From positions 1-28,645 of the IMG/VR virus record IMGVR_UViG_3300024259_000123: DNA of 28,645 bases; one strand, 5' to 3'. The notes below the pieces were generated by a model. It ran no database searches, was not told the origin of the DNA, and worked only from the letters and a program-made list of their open reading frames with translations. Source of the stretch: a virus. Shown here piece after piece: positions 1-8,014 of the stretch. A program made the translations under genes and the position numbers. How positions within the stretch are numbered: the stretch's first letter is position 1; each line of letters begins with the position of its first letter.

Positions 1-65
1 CAAAGGTTGGATATGCCTCAACTTCCAAAATCGTAAGAGTTGACAAGACAGAACGTGTCATAGAT

Positions 66-977
66 ATGAATCTCGACTACATGGGAACCTTTACCAGGCG
101 CCCTGCAAAAGTTAGGACCGGCAGAGCATATGTAATCCCTAGCGGTGATGTCGCATTCGATGAAAAACTGGGCCCGCTTCAGAAAATGTTGAAGTACCTT
201 TTGGGCAAAGATCCTGATGTTACGGAAGATTTCCAGATTGTAGGTTCTGAAAAGTACCGAAACATGTCAATTGGGGACGTCCTGGGTCGTCCTGATGAGG
301 TTGCAGGGGCTTTGACCGGTAAAACCCCAATCGTCATGTTTCATGGCACCAGCGGTACACTCTGGAAGAAGATTCAAAAGCAAGGATTGCGCCCGGGTGC
401 TACGGGCGAATCGTACGGTGACTTGATTCCGGGTTATTCCAATGAAAATGTGTACCTTGCCTTATCACATGCCGAAGCTGAGAACTACGCCACACGACAA
501 GCAATCAATAATCGTTCCACGGCGGTCGTGCTAAGGGTTACCGTGCCGGACTATACAAGGTTACGTCCTGATGAGGACCAAATGGGCTATGAGAGCCTAG
601 ATCGACCATATCGATTGCACATAAAACGTGAGTTTTCAATACCCGGGACCGATTTAGAACCAGGACAACTCGTTCAGAACGTTCATCCGCGAAGCGTGCT
701 GGACAGCCTGCACAGAAATGTATATGAAGACACCCCTGAACTTGCTGCTTTCGAAATCGCTGTTCATAACATGATTGCCAGCATGGTGAAGAAAAGTATT
801 GCAGGCTCAAGCGGTGGAACGGTCGCATACAAAGGTATCATCAGGCCGCAATACATTGAGCTATCTATGGAATACAAAAAACAAAGATTCGATACACCGG
901 AAAGTAAGGGCGGCCCGAGTCGAAGTGAATATGAGGAACATAGAAAACATACACAACACTGGTCGAGGCGCTCATGA
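66..977 (+). CDS. Tpt1/KptA-like (RNA 2'-phosphotransferase / ADP-ribosyltransferase fold) domain protein; may be 5'-partial
   Basis: 303-aa ORF. Segment FHGTSGTLWKKIQKQGLRPG...VYLALSHAEAENYATRQAINNRSTAVVLRVTV aligns by eye to the E. coli KptA C-lobe ([22 protein letters not shown]...VHLSADEATARKVG...VILTVK), including the HGT motif. No SD before ATG 66 and the frame stays open back to nt 3, so the gene may begin upstream of the window. The N-terminal RH motif of Tpt1 is not seen (LLGKDP instead). Confidence 0.4.
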   Translation: MNLDYMGTFTRRPAKVRTGRAYVIPSGDVAFDEKLGPLQKMLKYLLGKDPDVTEDFQIVGSEKYRNMSIGDVLGRPDEVAGALTGKTPIVMFHGTSGTLWKKIQKQGLRPGATGESYGDLIPGYSNENVYLALSHAEAENYATRQAINNRSTAVVLRVTVPDYTRLRPDEDQMGYESLDRPYRLHIKREFSIPGTDLEPGQLVQNVHPRSVLDSLHRNVYEDTPELAAFEIAVHNMIASMVKKSIAGSSGGTVAYKGIIRPQYIELSMEYKKQRFDTPESKGGPSRSEYEEHRKHTQHWSRRS

Positions 978-1495
978 ATCTAGAACAACTTGAAATAATC
1001 ATTGAAGGCATTCTAACCGAGAACGCCAAGTTTACCGATTTGGGTAAGTCACCACTCCTATACGGTCGTTACGCCCACAAAAATCGGGTTGCGATGATTG
1101 ACACATCAACCGAGCTGGCACCGCCGCAATCGACATATTACACCGACTACACAATATGGCGGAAATATACAGGCCGAGGCGCCAAACGGCGAAAACTCAA
1201 AAAGCCGGTGATCGATGAGTTTATCAAGGGCGGCCCGGATCATATGGTTGCATTTCAGGATTGGTCATATTGGGGAGATAAACAATCAATCTATCTCGAC
1301 TATGTCCATGTGCGAAACGACCAGCGTGGAAAAGGGTACGCCAGGAAACTAATTCAAGGCCTGATCGATATGCATCCTGATCTGAAGATACTTCATTTCG
1401 GGAAGATGATGCGTGAGGAGATTGGTCATCTCAAGGATTCATTCAAAGAAAAATATAAAGGACAAATAGACGTCATTGGCAGTGTAAATTACTAG
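974..1495 (+). CDS. hypothetical protein (possible GNAT-like acetyltransferase)
   Basis: 173-aa ORF whose start overlaps the upstream stop (ATGA). RNDQRGKGYARKLIQGL resembles GNAT motif A (R-x-x-G-x-G/A). N-terminus GILTENAKF is shared with the 13948 gene. Confidence 0.5.
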   Translation: MNLEQLEIIIEGILTENAKFTDLGKSPLLYGRYAHKNRVAMIDTSTELAPPQSTYYTDYTIWRKYTGRGAKRRKLKKPVIDEFIKGGPDHMVAFQDWSYWGDKQSIYLDYVHVRNDQRGKGYARKLIQGLIDMHPDLKILHFGKMMREEIGHLKDSFKEKYKGQIDVIGSVNY

Positions 1496-1550
1496 TCCTT
1501 CCTGTATAATAAAATCATAGACACGAACTTCTCTAAATTCGAGGTATACG

Positions 1551-1793
1551 ATGGCACCAACAGTTTACACCCTTCCAGAGCCTTTGAAAAGTCGGGATTA
1601 TCCCAAAATTGGAAGTCGCTGGAAGTCTTACAACAAAGATGAACAATTCACTGTGATTCATATTGCCAACCTTAGCACATGGTCATCTGGTGATGATCGT
1701 CCTGTGACTATTGTCTATAAGTGTTCGGCTGGTAGCGTGTGGACAAAAACTCTCGGGCGGTTTTGGGCTGCAATGACGGAGGCCGCTGAATGA
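1551..1793 (+). CDS. hypothetical protein (80 aa)
   Basis: ORF with SD GAGGT 6 nt upstream of the ATG. Preceded by an AT-rich promoter-like stretch TGTATAATAAAAT (1504-1516). Confidence 0.55.
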   Translation: MAPTVYTLPEPLKSRDYPKIGSRWKSYNKDEQFTVIHIANLSTWSSGDDRPVTIVYKCSAGSVWTKTLGRFWAAMTEAAE

Positions 1794-2107
1794 CACCTTT
1801 GCTCACCGCGATGTGTTTCGCAGCTCTGCCAATCATTTACATTCTCTATTATCGGTACCTCAAAAAGAAAGCGCTGTTTACACTTGCCCGCGAGAACGGT
1901 TTACTTTATACATTCAAGTACGAGTATTTTGGGCGGCTTCATGTGTACAGTTCCGGATTGCTGGGTGCCCACCGAGTAGTCAAGCGTGTTCCTGCATGGA
2001 TGGTTGAGAAATGGGCAAACGAAGGCCTGCTTTACGCTCGGCATAACAGCAACTATGAAACCCGATGGTTCCCTTCGACAACAATTGGCCGTAAACTCGA
2101 CAAGTAA
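1790..2107 (+). CDS. small membrane protein
   Basis: 105-aa ORF overlapping the upstream stop (ATGA). Hydrophobic N-terminal helix LLTAMCFAALPIIYILYY followed by a basic stretch. Confidence 0.5.
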   Translation: MTPLLTAMCFAALPIIYILYYRYLKKKALFTLARENGLLYTFKYEYFGRLHVYSSGLLGAHRVVKRVPAWMVEKWANEGLLYARHNSNYETRWFPSTTIGRKLDK

Positions 2108-2116
2108 AGAGGTCCA

Positions 2117-2713
2117 ATGCACCGCGCCGACCTGGCTGAAGATTTCCCAACAATAATCGAGAAATCGGTTGTATGGTTTAGCGATCGACATAATGAATAT
2201 CGCTGTTCATATGTCGTTTATGACATGATGGAGCGAACGGAGCTTAGGGAAAACTTTGAGCCGTTGTCGCTCATGCTGTTTCATTTGCAGGACATGAAAG
2301 CAATTCAAAAACATGTGTCGAAGTGGCCGCCGTGTGCGATTGATAAACTCATCCAATGTCACCGGGAACGAGAAAATGCCGAACAGAAAATCGCGGTGGC
2401 ATCACGGATACAAGCGGTATACAAGCCCGGGTCGATCGCTCGGGTGAACGAGTCGAACACAAAGCGGATCAAACCCCCAGCTCGACCAGCGCCATCCCGA
2501 CCACCGGAGGTCAAGAAGAAGGTGATTCCGGCACCGCCAAAGGTAGCTTTCATCATGCGAAAAAGCGTTGTGGCGCTAGCAAGTGAGTTGAAAATGACAT
2601 ACCTAGAAGCCCACGAGGAGTTTGGGGGCCTTACCGACAAAGATATCGTGGATCTTTATAGAGAAATGAGAGATTTTACGACGACAGAAACAAATGGCCG
2701 CTTTTCTTTGTAA
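2117..2713 (+). CDS. hypothetical protein with proline-rich basic linker
   Basis: 198-aa ORF with SD AGAGG. Contains KPPARPAPSRPPEVKKKVIPAPPKV. Confidence 0.55.
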   Translation: MHRADLAEDFPTIIEKSVVWFSDRHNEYRCSYVVYDMMERTELRENFEPLSLMLFHLQDMKAIQKHVSKWPPCAIDKLIQCHRERENAEQKIAVASRIQAVYKPGSIARVNESNTKRIKPPARPAPSRPPEVKKKVIPAPPKVAFIMRKSVVALASELKMTYLEAHEEFGGLTDKDIVDLYREMRDFTTTETNGRFSL

Positions 2714-2771
2714 GAAACGTGTAAAATGACCCCACTTATGATAGAATAGAATCCTAAGGACGGAGGTGCTC

Positions 2772-3026
2772 ATGATTGAAAACTTGACAGAACGACAGGT
2801 CACTTTTTTGGTTGCTGTGATTAGCGGGTGGGACCCGAAGGATTTTTCGTCCGACATTGAAGACATGTATGACGAAGGAATCGTCTGGCGTGATGAAGAA
2901 GACAGCGACTATGTTCGTTGTGACAAGCAGAGCGTCGCAATCCAAGACTTCGCTAAGAAGTACGAATGCTACACTGCACGAAACTTCCCATTGAAGTTCA
3001 ATCAGTGGCCACCGGTGGAGAGGTAA
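2772..3026 (+). CDS. hypothetical acidic protein
   Basis: The ORF track gives 2766; the ATG at 2772 has a better SD (GGAGGTG 5 nt upstream). Confidence 0.45.
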   Translation: MIENLTERQVTFLVAVISGWDPKDFSSDIEDMYDEGIVWRDEEDSDYVRCDKQSVAIQDFAKKYECYTARNFPLKFNQWPPVER

Positions 3027-3120
3027 CATGTTTGACAAAGACACTTGTGCATTGATTGCTTGTTGTATTATCACCATGGCCATGACGTATGGCTGGTGTA
3101 TCCAGTTTTAGGAGAGCATC

Positions 3121-3492
3121 ATGACCAAGAAGCTAACACGTTATGAGTTGTGGTTCTGGAAGTGGAAACACTCGGGCTGGTGGTTTCGACTGTTTCAGTC
3201 GTTTCAGGTGGTGGGATACGTTATCTCATTCTTCTGCATCATCCCGCTGGCGGTTCTATGCGTTGCATGGTCTTTTTTGGAGGGCCTCTATAGTCGCGGG
3301 CTGGTATATCCGGTCCAGGTTATTGCATCGATTGTGACGAACCCGTTGCAACTGTGGCTTTCCCCTGACCGCCCGGCTTCCTGGTTGACATTGTTGTTTT
3401 ACCGAGCCGACGATGGCGGCAAAGTCTTCCGTGAGAAAGAAACCTGGTGGGGCCGAGGCTTCGAAAAACCGGCGTGTGAAGACGACCGATAG
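3121..3492 (+). CDS. Trp-rich membrane protein
   Basis: 123-aa ORF with SD AGGAG. Hydrophobic segments VVGYVISFFCIIPLAVLCVAWSF and VYPVQVIASIV. Confidence 0.5.
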   Translation: MTKKLTRYELWFWKWKHSGWWFRLFQSFQVVGYVISFFCIIPLAVLCVAWSFLEGLYSRGLVYPVQVIASIVTNPLQLWLSPDRPASWLTLLFYRADDGGKVFREKETWWGRGFEKPACEDDR

Positions 3493-3507
3493 AAAATAAA
3501 GGAAAAC

Positions 3508-3828
3508 ATGAAAAATACACTACAGATTAGAAAGGACCAAGGAAACGGGCAACGTCGCCTTTGGGTTACCGGTGGCATCACAATTCGTCTTCTCACGAAG
3601 GAGGCGATGCAGAAAATGAGTGACCACGGGTTCATGGCGTATCGGAAGAAGTTCCTCAAGTTGCGAGACGCTGCAGGTCTTGAGAAAGATTTGCGATGGC
3701 GAGATGCAATTTTGCTAGAACGCTTAGAGGGCACCGATGAGGCGGCCTTCAAAGCGTTCGACTATCTGCGTCATACAATTGTGCGAGAGAAAACCCGGCG
3801 GGATCTCGAGAAACGAGGTGAAGAATGA
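3508..3828 (+). CDS. hypothetical protein (106 aa)
   Basis: SD AAAGGA. Stop overlaps the next start (ATGA). Confidence 0.5.
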   Translation: MKNTLQIRKDQGNGQRRLWVTGGITIRLLTKEAMQKMSDHGFMAYRKKFLKLRDAAGLEKDLRWRDAILLERLEGTDEAAFKAFDYLRHTIVREKTRRDLEKRGEE

Positions 3829-4484
3829 AAACATATCCATCGACGAAGTTTATGAATGGATTGACCAAGGGCGCCGGAATCCCAGAAGGAAATGACTGGT
3901 ATGTCTTTGACAAACTGGACGGAAGCAACATCCGGGTTGAGTGGAATCACAAGCGCGGGTTCTACAAGTATGGCAGGCGCAACGCGCTCCTCGACGACTC
4001 GAACCCGTGGCTGAAGCACGACGACATTTCAGGCATTTTGAATAGCACCGTTGGCCCAAAGCTTGACGCAGAGTTTCGGAAGCGAAAGTATAAGCGAATG
4101 CTGTGCTTTTTCGAGTTCAACGGGGACAAATCATTCTCAGGACACCACGAGTACGAGGAGCACAGGTTGGCCCTCATTGACTTCAATCTTCATCCGAAGG
4201 GGTTTATGGGGCCAGAGGATTTCGTACGTCTGTGTATAGACGCAGGACTGTCAGAAGGCACGGATTACGCTCGCGTTCTCTATCATGGTGAAATTACACA
4301 GGAATTGTTGGAATCCATCCGGAATTCAACCCTTCCAGGCATGACATTCGAGGGCGTTGTGTGCAAATCGCAGGGAAAAAAGGTCTCATCACGCCGAACA
4401 TTCAAGGTAAAAGCCAGCGCCTGGCTCGATAAACTGCGTGTGTATTGCAAGGATGACATGGAACTTTTCAAAAGATTGGCATAA
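3825..4484 (+). CDS. ATP-dependent ligase of the covalent nucleotidyltransferase superfamily, probably a minimal Rnl2-like RNA ligase
   Basis: 219-aa ORF. Motif I FDKLDGSNIRVEW (KxDG), motif III MLCFFEFNGD, motif IV EGVVCKS, motif V FKVKASAW. Motif order matches the 16745 Rnl2-like gene. Confidence 0.6.
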   Translation: MKTYPSTKFMNGLTKGAGIPEGNDWYVFDKLDGSNIRVEWNHKRGFYKYGRRNALLDDSNPWLKHDDISGILNSTVGPKLDAEFRKRKYKRMLCFFEFNGDKSFSGHHEYEEHRLALIDFNLHPKGFMGPEDFVRLCIDAGLSEGTDYARVLYHGEITQELLESIRNSTLPGMTFEGVVCKSQGKKVSSRRTFKVKASAWLDKLRVYCKDDMELFKRLA

Positions 4485-4532
4485 AACGGGCCGACGGCGA
4501 TATTTATTCTTACGCCAACGAGGTAGGCCGAT

Positions 4533-5486
4533 ATGAGCAATGACAGTTTTTTAGTAGAGTGCTTTTCACGGCTTCTATGGGAAGGTGCAGGAGAACGCGG
4601 CTTCGAATATGAAGAAACATTGTCAGCAGTACTTTCTGGCGCGGGATTTGAAGTCACACCTGCTGCGGGTAACAACAGCTCGATCTCAGACCTAGGTTTC
4701 ACTGCGCATGGAATCGACGTAGCGGCCGAGGTCAAGCTTGACCATGAAGCATTTCTCGGAGCTGTCAGGAAGGATCAAATCCAGTCATTAATTTATGACC
4801 CGTCAGATCCAAATGGCGACGTGTTTATTGGCAGGCCACAGCCAAATAGTTATATCAAAGATGAAATCGTGGCGATCATTGATTTCATGAATTCATCACC
4901 GGCGGTTCGTGAAAAGTTTGAAAAATTGGTTGGCATTTTTGAGCCTTATAGGAAGTTGCCATGGGATTTGAAGACATCATTCGGTAATGATTTGGGTCCT
5001 GATCGTGGAGGCTCACAGGAGGCCCGCGATTTTTACCTCGTCATCCGCAATGAGCAAAACGAAAAACGCCAGGCTGAGTTCCCGGTTCCTCCTGGGAGCG
5101 TCCCGCTTCCTCCAGGATCGAAACAAATCTCAAATCCAAGGACGGGCGCAAAGATTTCGGCTGCAAAAATGCGACAAATCATGTCGAACAAGCAAGGCCC
5201 GAACGGTGCAGAGACATCGTACATCTTTGTTGGGCATGGCCGACCGGACGTCGTTTCTGGTGAACTGTATACTCTCATCCCGGGATTTGACCCGCTCAGC
5301 ACCGGCGCTCCACTTTATACGCCAGGTGCAGTAGGGGTTGAAATTAGGTTCGCCGGGGCGGGAGGTCGTAAAGACGGCCGAGCATACAGCTTCAACTTCA
5401 AAATGAAGTCAGCAGGCAAGCCAAACAGAGGATTACATTTCGATGATGCAAACGAGATGATCGATTTGCTAAGTAGAGGACACTAA
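4533..5486 (+). CDS. hypothetical protein (317 aa)
   Basis: SD GAGGTAGG. N-terminal FLVECF motif is shared with the 13320 gene (YLVECF). Confidence 0.55.
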   Translation: MSNDSFLVECFSRLLWEGAGERGFEYEETLSAVLSGAGFEVTPAAGNNSSISDLGFTAHGIDVAAEVKLDHEAFLGAVRKDQIQSLIYDPSDPNGDVFIGRPQPNSYIKDEIVAIIDFMNSSPAVREKFEKLVGIFEPYRKLPWDLKTSFGNDLGPDRGGSQEARDFYLVIRNEQNEKRQAEFPVPPGSVPLPPGSKQISNPRTGAKISAAKMRQIMSNKQGPNGAETSYIFVGHGRPDVVSGELYTLIPGFDPLSTGAPLYTPGAVGVEIRFAGAGGRKDGRAYSFNFKMKSAGKPNRGLHFDDANEMIDLLSRGH

Positions 5487-6293
5487 ATGTGGAACAAAGT
5501 AGACAAAACATTGGCACCGTCATACGGCGAAGATTTATCGGTGTGGAGTGATGAAGACATTCGAGCTGCACAATGGGAAGCAAATACTCGATCAGACAAA
5601 ATAAACTTTCATTGGAGTCAACGCAACAACGTTCGCGACTATGACGGAATGCTAATTCCTGATATTACCAATCTGCGCACCGGAAGCCATGAATTCCAAG
5701 TTTGGCAAGCCGAATGGCACAATCTTCAGGATGAAGTGAATCGAAGAGCTAAACAGAGGGAAAATACACTGAGAATAACTGAGCAAAAGCTACGGCAAAT
5801 GGTTCGCAATGTCCTTAAGGGCAAAGATCTTGAATTTGTAAAAGCGTGGCGAGGCAGCCGAAAAAGCCAAGATATTGGTTGGGCTTACATCAAAACAAAT
5901 CGCGGTGTGTTTATGGCACTTGAGTCGAAGCCAGATGTTTGGGGACCTGTGCCTAGCAATCATAAAAAGGTGTCTTCCAGTCGTCAGCCTGTAAAGAAGA
6001 AGGCCAGCAAAGAGCAAACCGCAGCTCTTGTAAACTTTTGGAAAGAAAACACCCCAAGAAACAGTGCAGCTGAAGCGCTTGCGAAGAGTGATAAAGAAAA
6101 AGCTGATAAAGCTGCAGCAAGAAAGAAGCAAGACACACCGGCAAACCGCGAAGCGCTGAGAAAACGCCAACAAAGATGGAAAGAAGAATCCAAAGCTGCT
6201 GGGTATGGCGGTAAGAAGAAGAAAAAGAAAGGCTCTGGTTTCGGAGAATATGCCGGCAACGGTGACAAAGATAACCCGGGTACTGCATTTTAA
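5487..6293 (+). CDS. hypothetical lysine-rich protein
   Basis: 268-aa ORF with SD AGAGGA. C-terminus KKKKKKGSGFGEYAGNGDKD. Internal motif LRITEQKLRQMVRNVL is shared with the 6326 and 25842 N-termini. Confidence 0.55.
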   Translation: MWNKVDKTLAPSYGEDLSVWSDEDIRAAQWEANTRSDKINFHWSQRNNVRDYDGMLIPDITNLRTGSHEFQVWQAEWHNLQDEVNRRAKQRENTLRITEQKLRQMVRNVLKGKDLEFVKAWRGSRKSQDIGWAYIKTNRGVFMALESKPDVWGPVPSNHKKVSSSRQPVKKKASKEQTAALVNFWKENTPRNSAAEALAKSDKEKADKAAARKKQDTPANREALRKRQQRWKEESKAAGYGGKKKKKKGSGFGEYAGNGDKDNPGTAF

Positions 6294-6325
6294 GTGATTC
6301 AAAGAGACAAGTAGAGGAAAGCGCA

Positions 6326-6595
6326 ATGAAAATTTCAGAACAAAAACTAAGAAAGATGATTCGTGAGCAATACGAGGATGACTTGGTCGATGGCGAAAAC
6401 ATGACCGAATCTGGCTCGGTCACTGATTTGAGGTATGCCTTACGATCTGCACTCGATTCGAACGGATTAAGCCTTCAACTCAACATCAACGCCTTTGGTG
6501 CTGAGTTGGAAACAATGGGCTTTTCCATGGATGATGTTGAATATGCATTTTCTCAATATGATCCAGGCACATCAGCCTTCCCCGGGGATCGCTGA
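6326..6595 (+). CDS. small acidic protein
   Basis: 89-aa ORF with SD AGAGGAAAG. N-terminus MKISEQKLRKMIREQ. Confidence 0.55.
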   Translation: MKISEQKLRKMIREQYEDDLVDGENMTESGSVTDLRYALRSALDSNGLSLQLNINAFGAELETMGFSMDDVEYAFSQYDPGTSAFPGDR

Positions 6596-6602
6596 TTCAC
6601 AA

Positions 6603-6656
6603 GTTTCCTAAATTGTATATGTTTCCTAATGTGGAAACTGACCTAATTTAGGAAAC
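6603..6656. promoter_or_regulatory. nested inverted repeat (GTTTCCTAAATT...AATTTAGGAAAC with inner GTTTCC-N6-GGAAAC hairpin)
   Basis: Perfect 12-bp inverted repeat at 6603-6614 and 6645-6656 enclosing a 6-bp-stem hairpin at 6621-6638. Lies in the 98-nt gap before the 6694 endonuclease gene. No T-run follows. Confidence 0.4.
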
Positions 6657-6693
6657 AAACGCGCAAGTTTTGAGTTCATAGATACTTATTCGC

Positions 6694-7671
6694 ATGAGCA
6701 CATGCAAAATATGTAAAAAGAAGTTCAAATCAGGTCGATCATTAGGTTCTCATATAACATCAGCACATAGAAAAAAGTCTTGTAGTGTTTGCGGTGAAGA
6801 CGTTCCTGTCATGACGTTCCGTCGACATGAAAAATCCTGCGCTAACAAAGCCCAAAAAAAGGCATGTCCTTGCTGCGAAAAGCAATTTGCTGGGAACAAC
6901 AAATTTTGTTCAAGATCTTGTGTTGCCACATTTACGAATAAGGTTCGCTCAAAACGTTCTGCGTCAACGCGCAAAAAAATATCGTTGACGCTAAAGGGCA
7001 AGACACGCTCGAAAATGAAAACGTCGCCATGCAAGGCTTGCAACAAACCAATCACGCATGTACCGTCTAGGAAAAGATCATATTGTGACAGAAAATGTAT
7101 GGTCAATTCTGGTACGTGGCGAAGAAACCTCGCTAAGTCGCTCAAAGGAAAGAAGAAGAAAAGGCGAGGTGGCCCAAGAACCGGCCATGGTCGTAAAGGA
7201 AAGTCTAGTAAGACAGGATGGTATAAAGGCTATTGGTGTGACTCAAGCTGGGAGCTGGCATGGATAATCTATAATTTGGATCACAAGATTCAATTTGAAA
7301 GAAACATGGTTGGGTTTGAATATTCATACCTTAACAAGCAAAGAAAGTATTATCCGGATTTTTTGCTGCCGGACGGTTCATATGTTGAAATCAAAGGTTT
7401 TTCCAACAAACAATTTGAAGCTAAAAAACGAGATTTCCCGCATGCATTACGCGTTTTGTATCAAAAAGATATGGAATCATATTTGGCATATGTCAAAAAG
7501 AAACATGGAAATGATTTTATATCATTATACGATGGAAATCCACATAATATGATACTTAATAAGTGTAAAGTATGCGGCGCTCCGGTAAAATATACATACT
7601 GTGGTCAAAGTTGCGTAATGAAAGACAGGCATAAGCAACGCCGCAAAAAGAACAATGCAGTATTGGTGTAA
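6694..7671 (+). CDS. homing-endonuclease-like protein: tandem Zn-ribbons (CxxC...FCSxxC) plus C-terminal PD-(D/E)xK nuclease domain
   Basis: 325-aa ORF that is AT-rich relative to its neighbours and has no clear SD. Four CxxC modules, including CPCCEKQFAGNNKFCSRSC. C-terminal GWYKGYWCDSSWELAWII...PDFLLPDGSYVEIKG fits the PD-x(n)-E-x-K pattern. Paralogous to 11855 and related to 23586. Confidence 0.6.
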   Translation: MSTCKICKKKFKSGRSLGSHITSAHRKKSCSVCGEDVPVMTFRRHEKSCANKAQKKACPCCEKQFAGNNKFCSRSCVATFTNKVRSKRSASTRKKISLTLKGKTRSKMKTSPCKACNKPITHVPSRKRSYCDRKCMVNSGTWRRNLAKSLKGKKKKRRGGPRTGHGRKGKSSKTGWYKGYWCDSSWELAWIIYNLDHKIQFERNMVGFEYSYLNKQRKYYPDFLLPDGSYVEIKGFSNKQFEAKKRDFPHALRVLYQKDMESYLAYVKKKHGNDFISLYDGNPHNMILNKCKVCGAPVKYTYCGQSCVMKDRHKQRRKKNNAVLV

Positions 7672-7730
7672 CGGTAGCACATTACATTGCCTGTGTGATA
7701 GTTTCGATTCGAATTCGAAATACTGCTCCA
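7657..7730 (+). tRNA. tRNA-Gly (GCC), CCA encoded
   Basis: Acceptor GCAGTAT/ATACTGC is a perfect 7 bp. Anticodon stem TTACA/TGTGA with loop TTGCCTG. T-arm TTCGA-TTCGAAT-TCGAA. Ends TCCA. The 5' end overlaps the last 15 nt of the 6694 CDS. Confidence 0.8.
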
Positions 7731-7734
7731 AAAC

Positions 7735-7810
7735 GTCTCGGAAGCTCAACTGGAAGGGCGCCTGACTTCGAATCAGGAGGGTGTGGGTTCGAATCCCACC
7801 CGGGACTCCA
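7735..7810 (+). tRNA. tRNA-Arg (TCG), CCA encoded
   Basis: Acceptor GTCTCGG/CCGGGAC (one G-U pair). D-stem GCTC/GGGC. Anticodon stem CCTGA/TCAGG with loop CTTCGAA. T-arm GTGGG-TTCGAAT-CCCAC. Ends TCCA. Confidence 0.85.
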
Positions 7811-7812
7811 TT

Positions 7813-7886
7813 GCCTGTATAGTTTAGCGGCAGAACCCTAACTTGGTAGGTTAGTAACGCAAGTTCGAGTCTTGCTACAGGCTCCA
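7813..7886 (+). tRNA. tRNA-Thr (GGT), CCA encoded
   Basis: Acceptor GCCTGTA/TACAGGC is a perfect 7 bp. Anticodon stem CTAAC/GTTAG with loop TTGGTAG. T-arm GCAAG-TTCGAGT-CTTGC. Ends TCCA. Confidence 0.85.
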
Positions 7887-7937
7887 AAACTCCCCCAAAA
7901 ATACTTCAAAATAAGCTCACAAAGGTGACACAAAAAG

Positions 7938-7965
7938 TGAACACCACATCCCACATGGGTATTAT
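7938..7965 (+). promoter_or_regulatory. sigma70-like promoter candidate (TGAACA-N16-TATTAT) upstream of the MVP-like gene
   Basis: Hexamers at 7938-7943 and 7960-7965, with SD AGGAG before ATG 8015. Confidence 0.3.
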
Positions 7966-8014
7966 ATCTACATCAAAGGCGCACTGAGGAGTGCAATATC
8001 AGGAGTGAATATAC

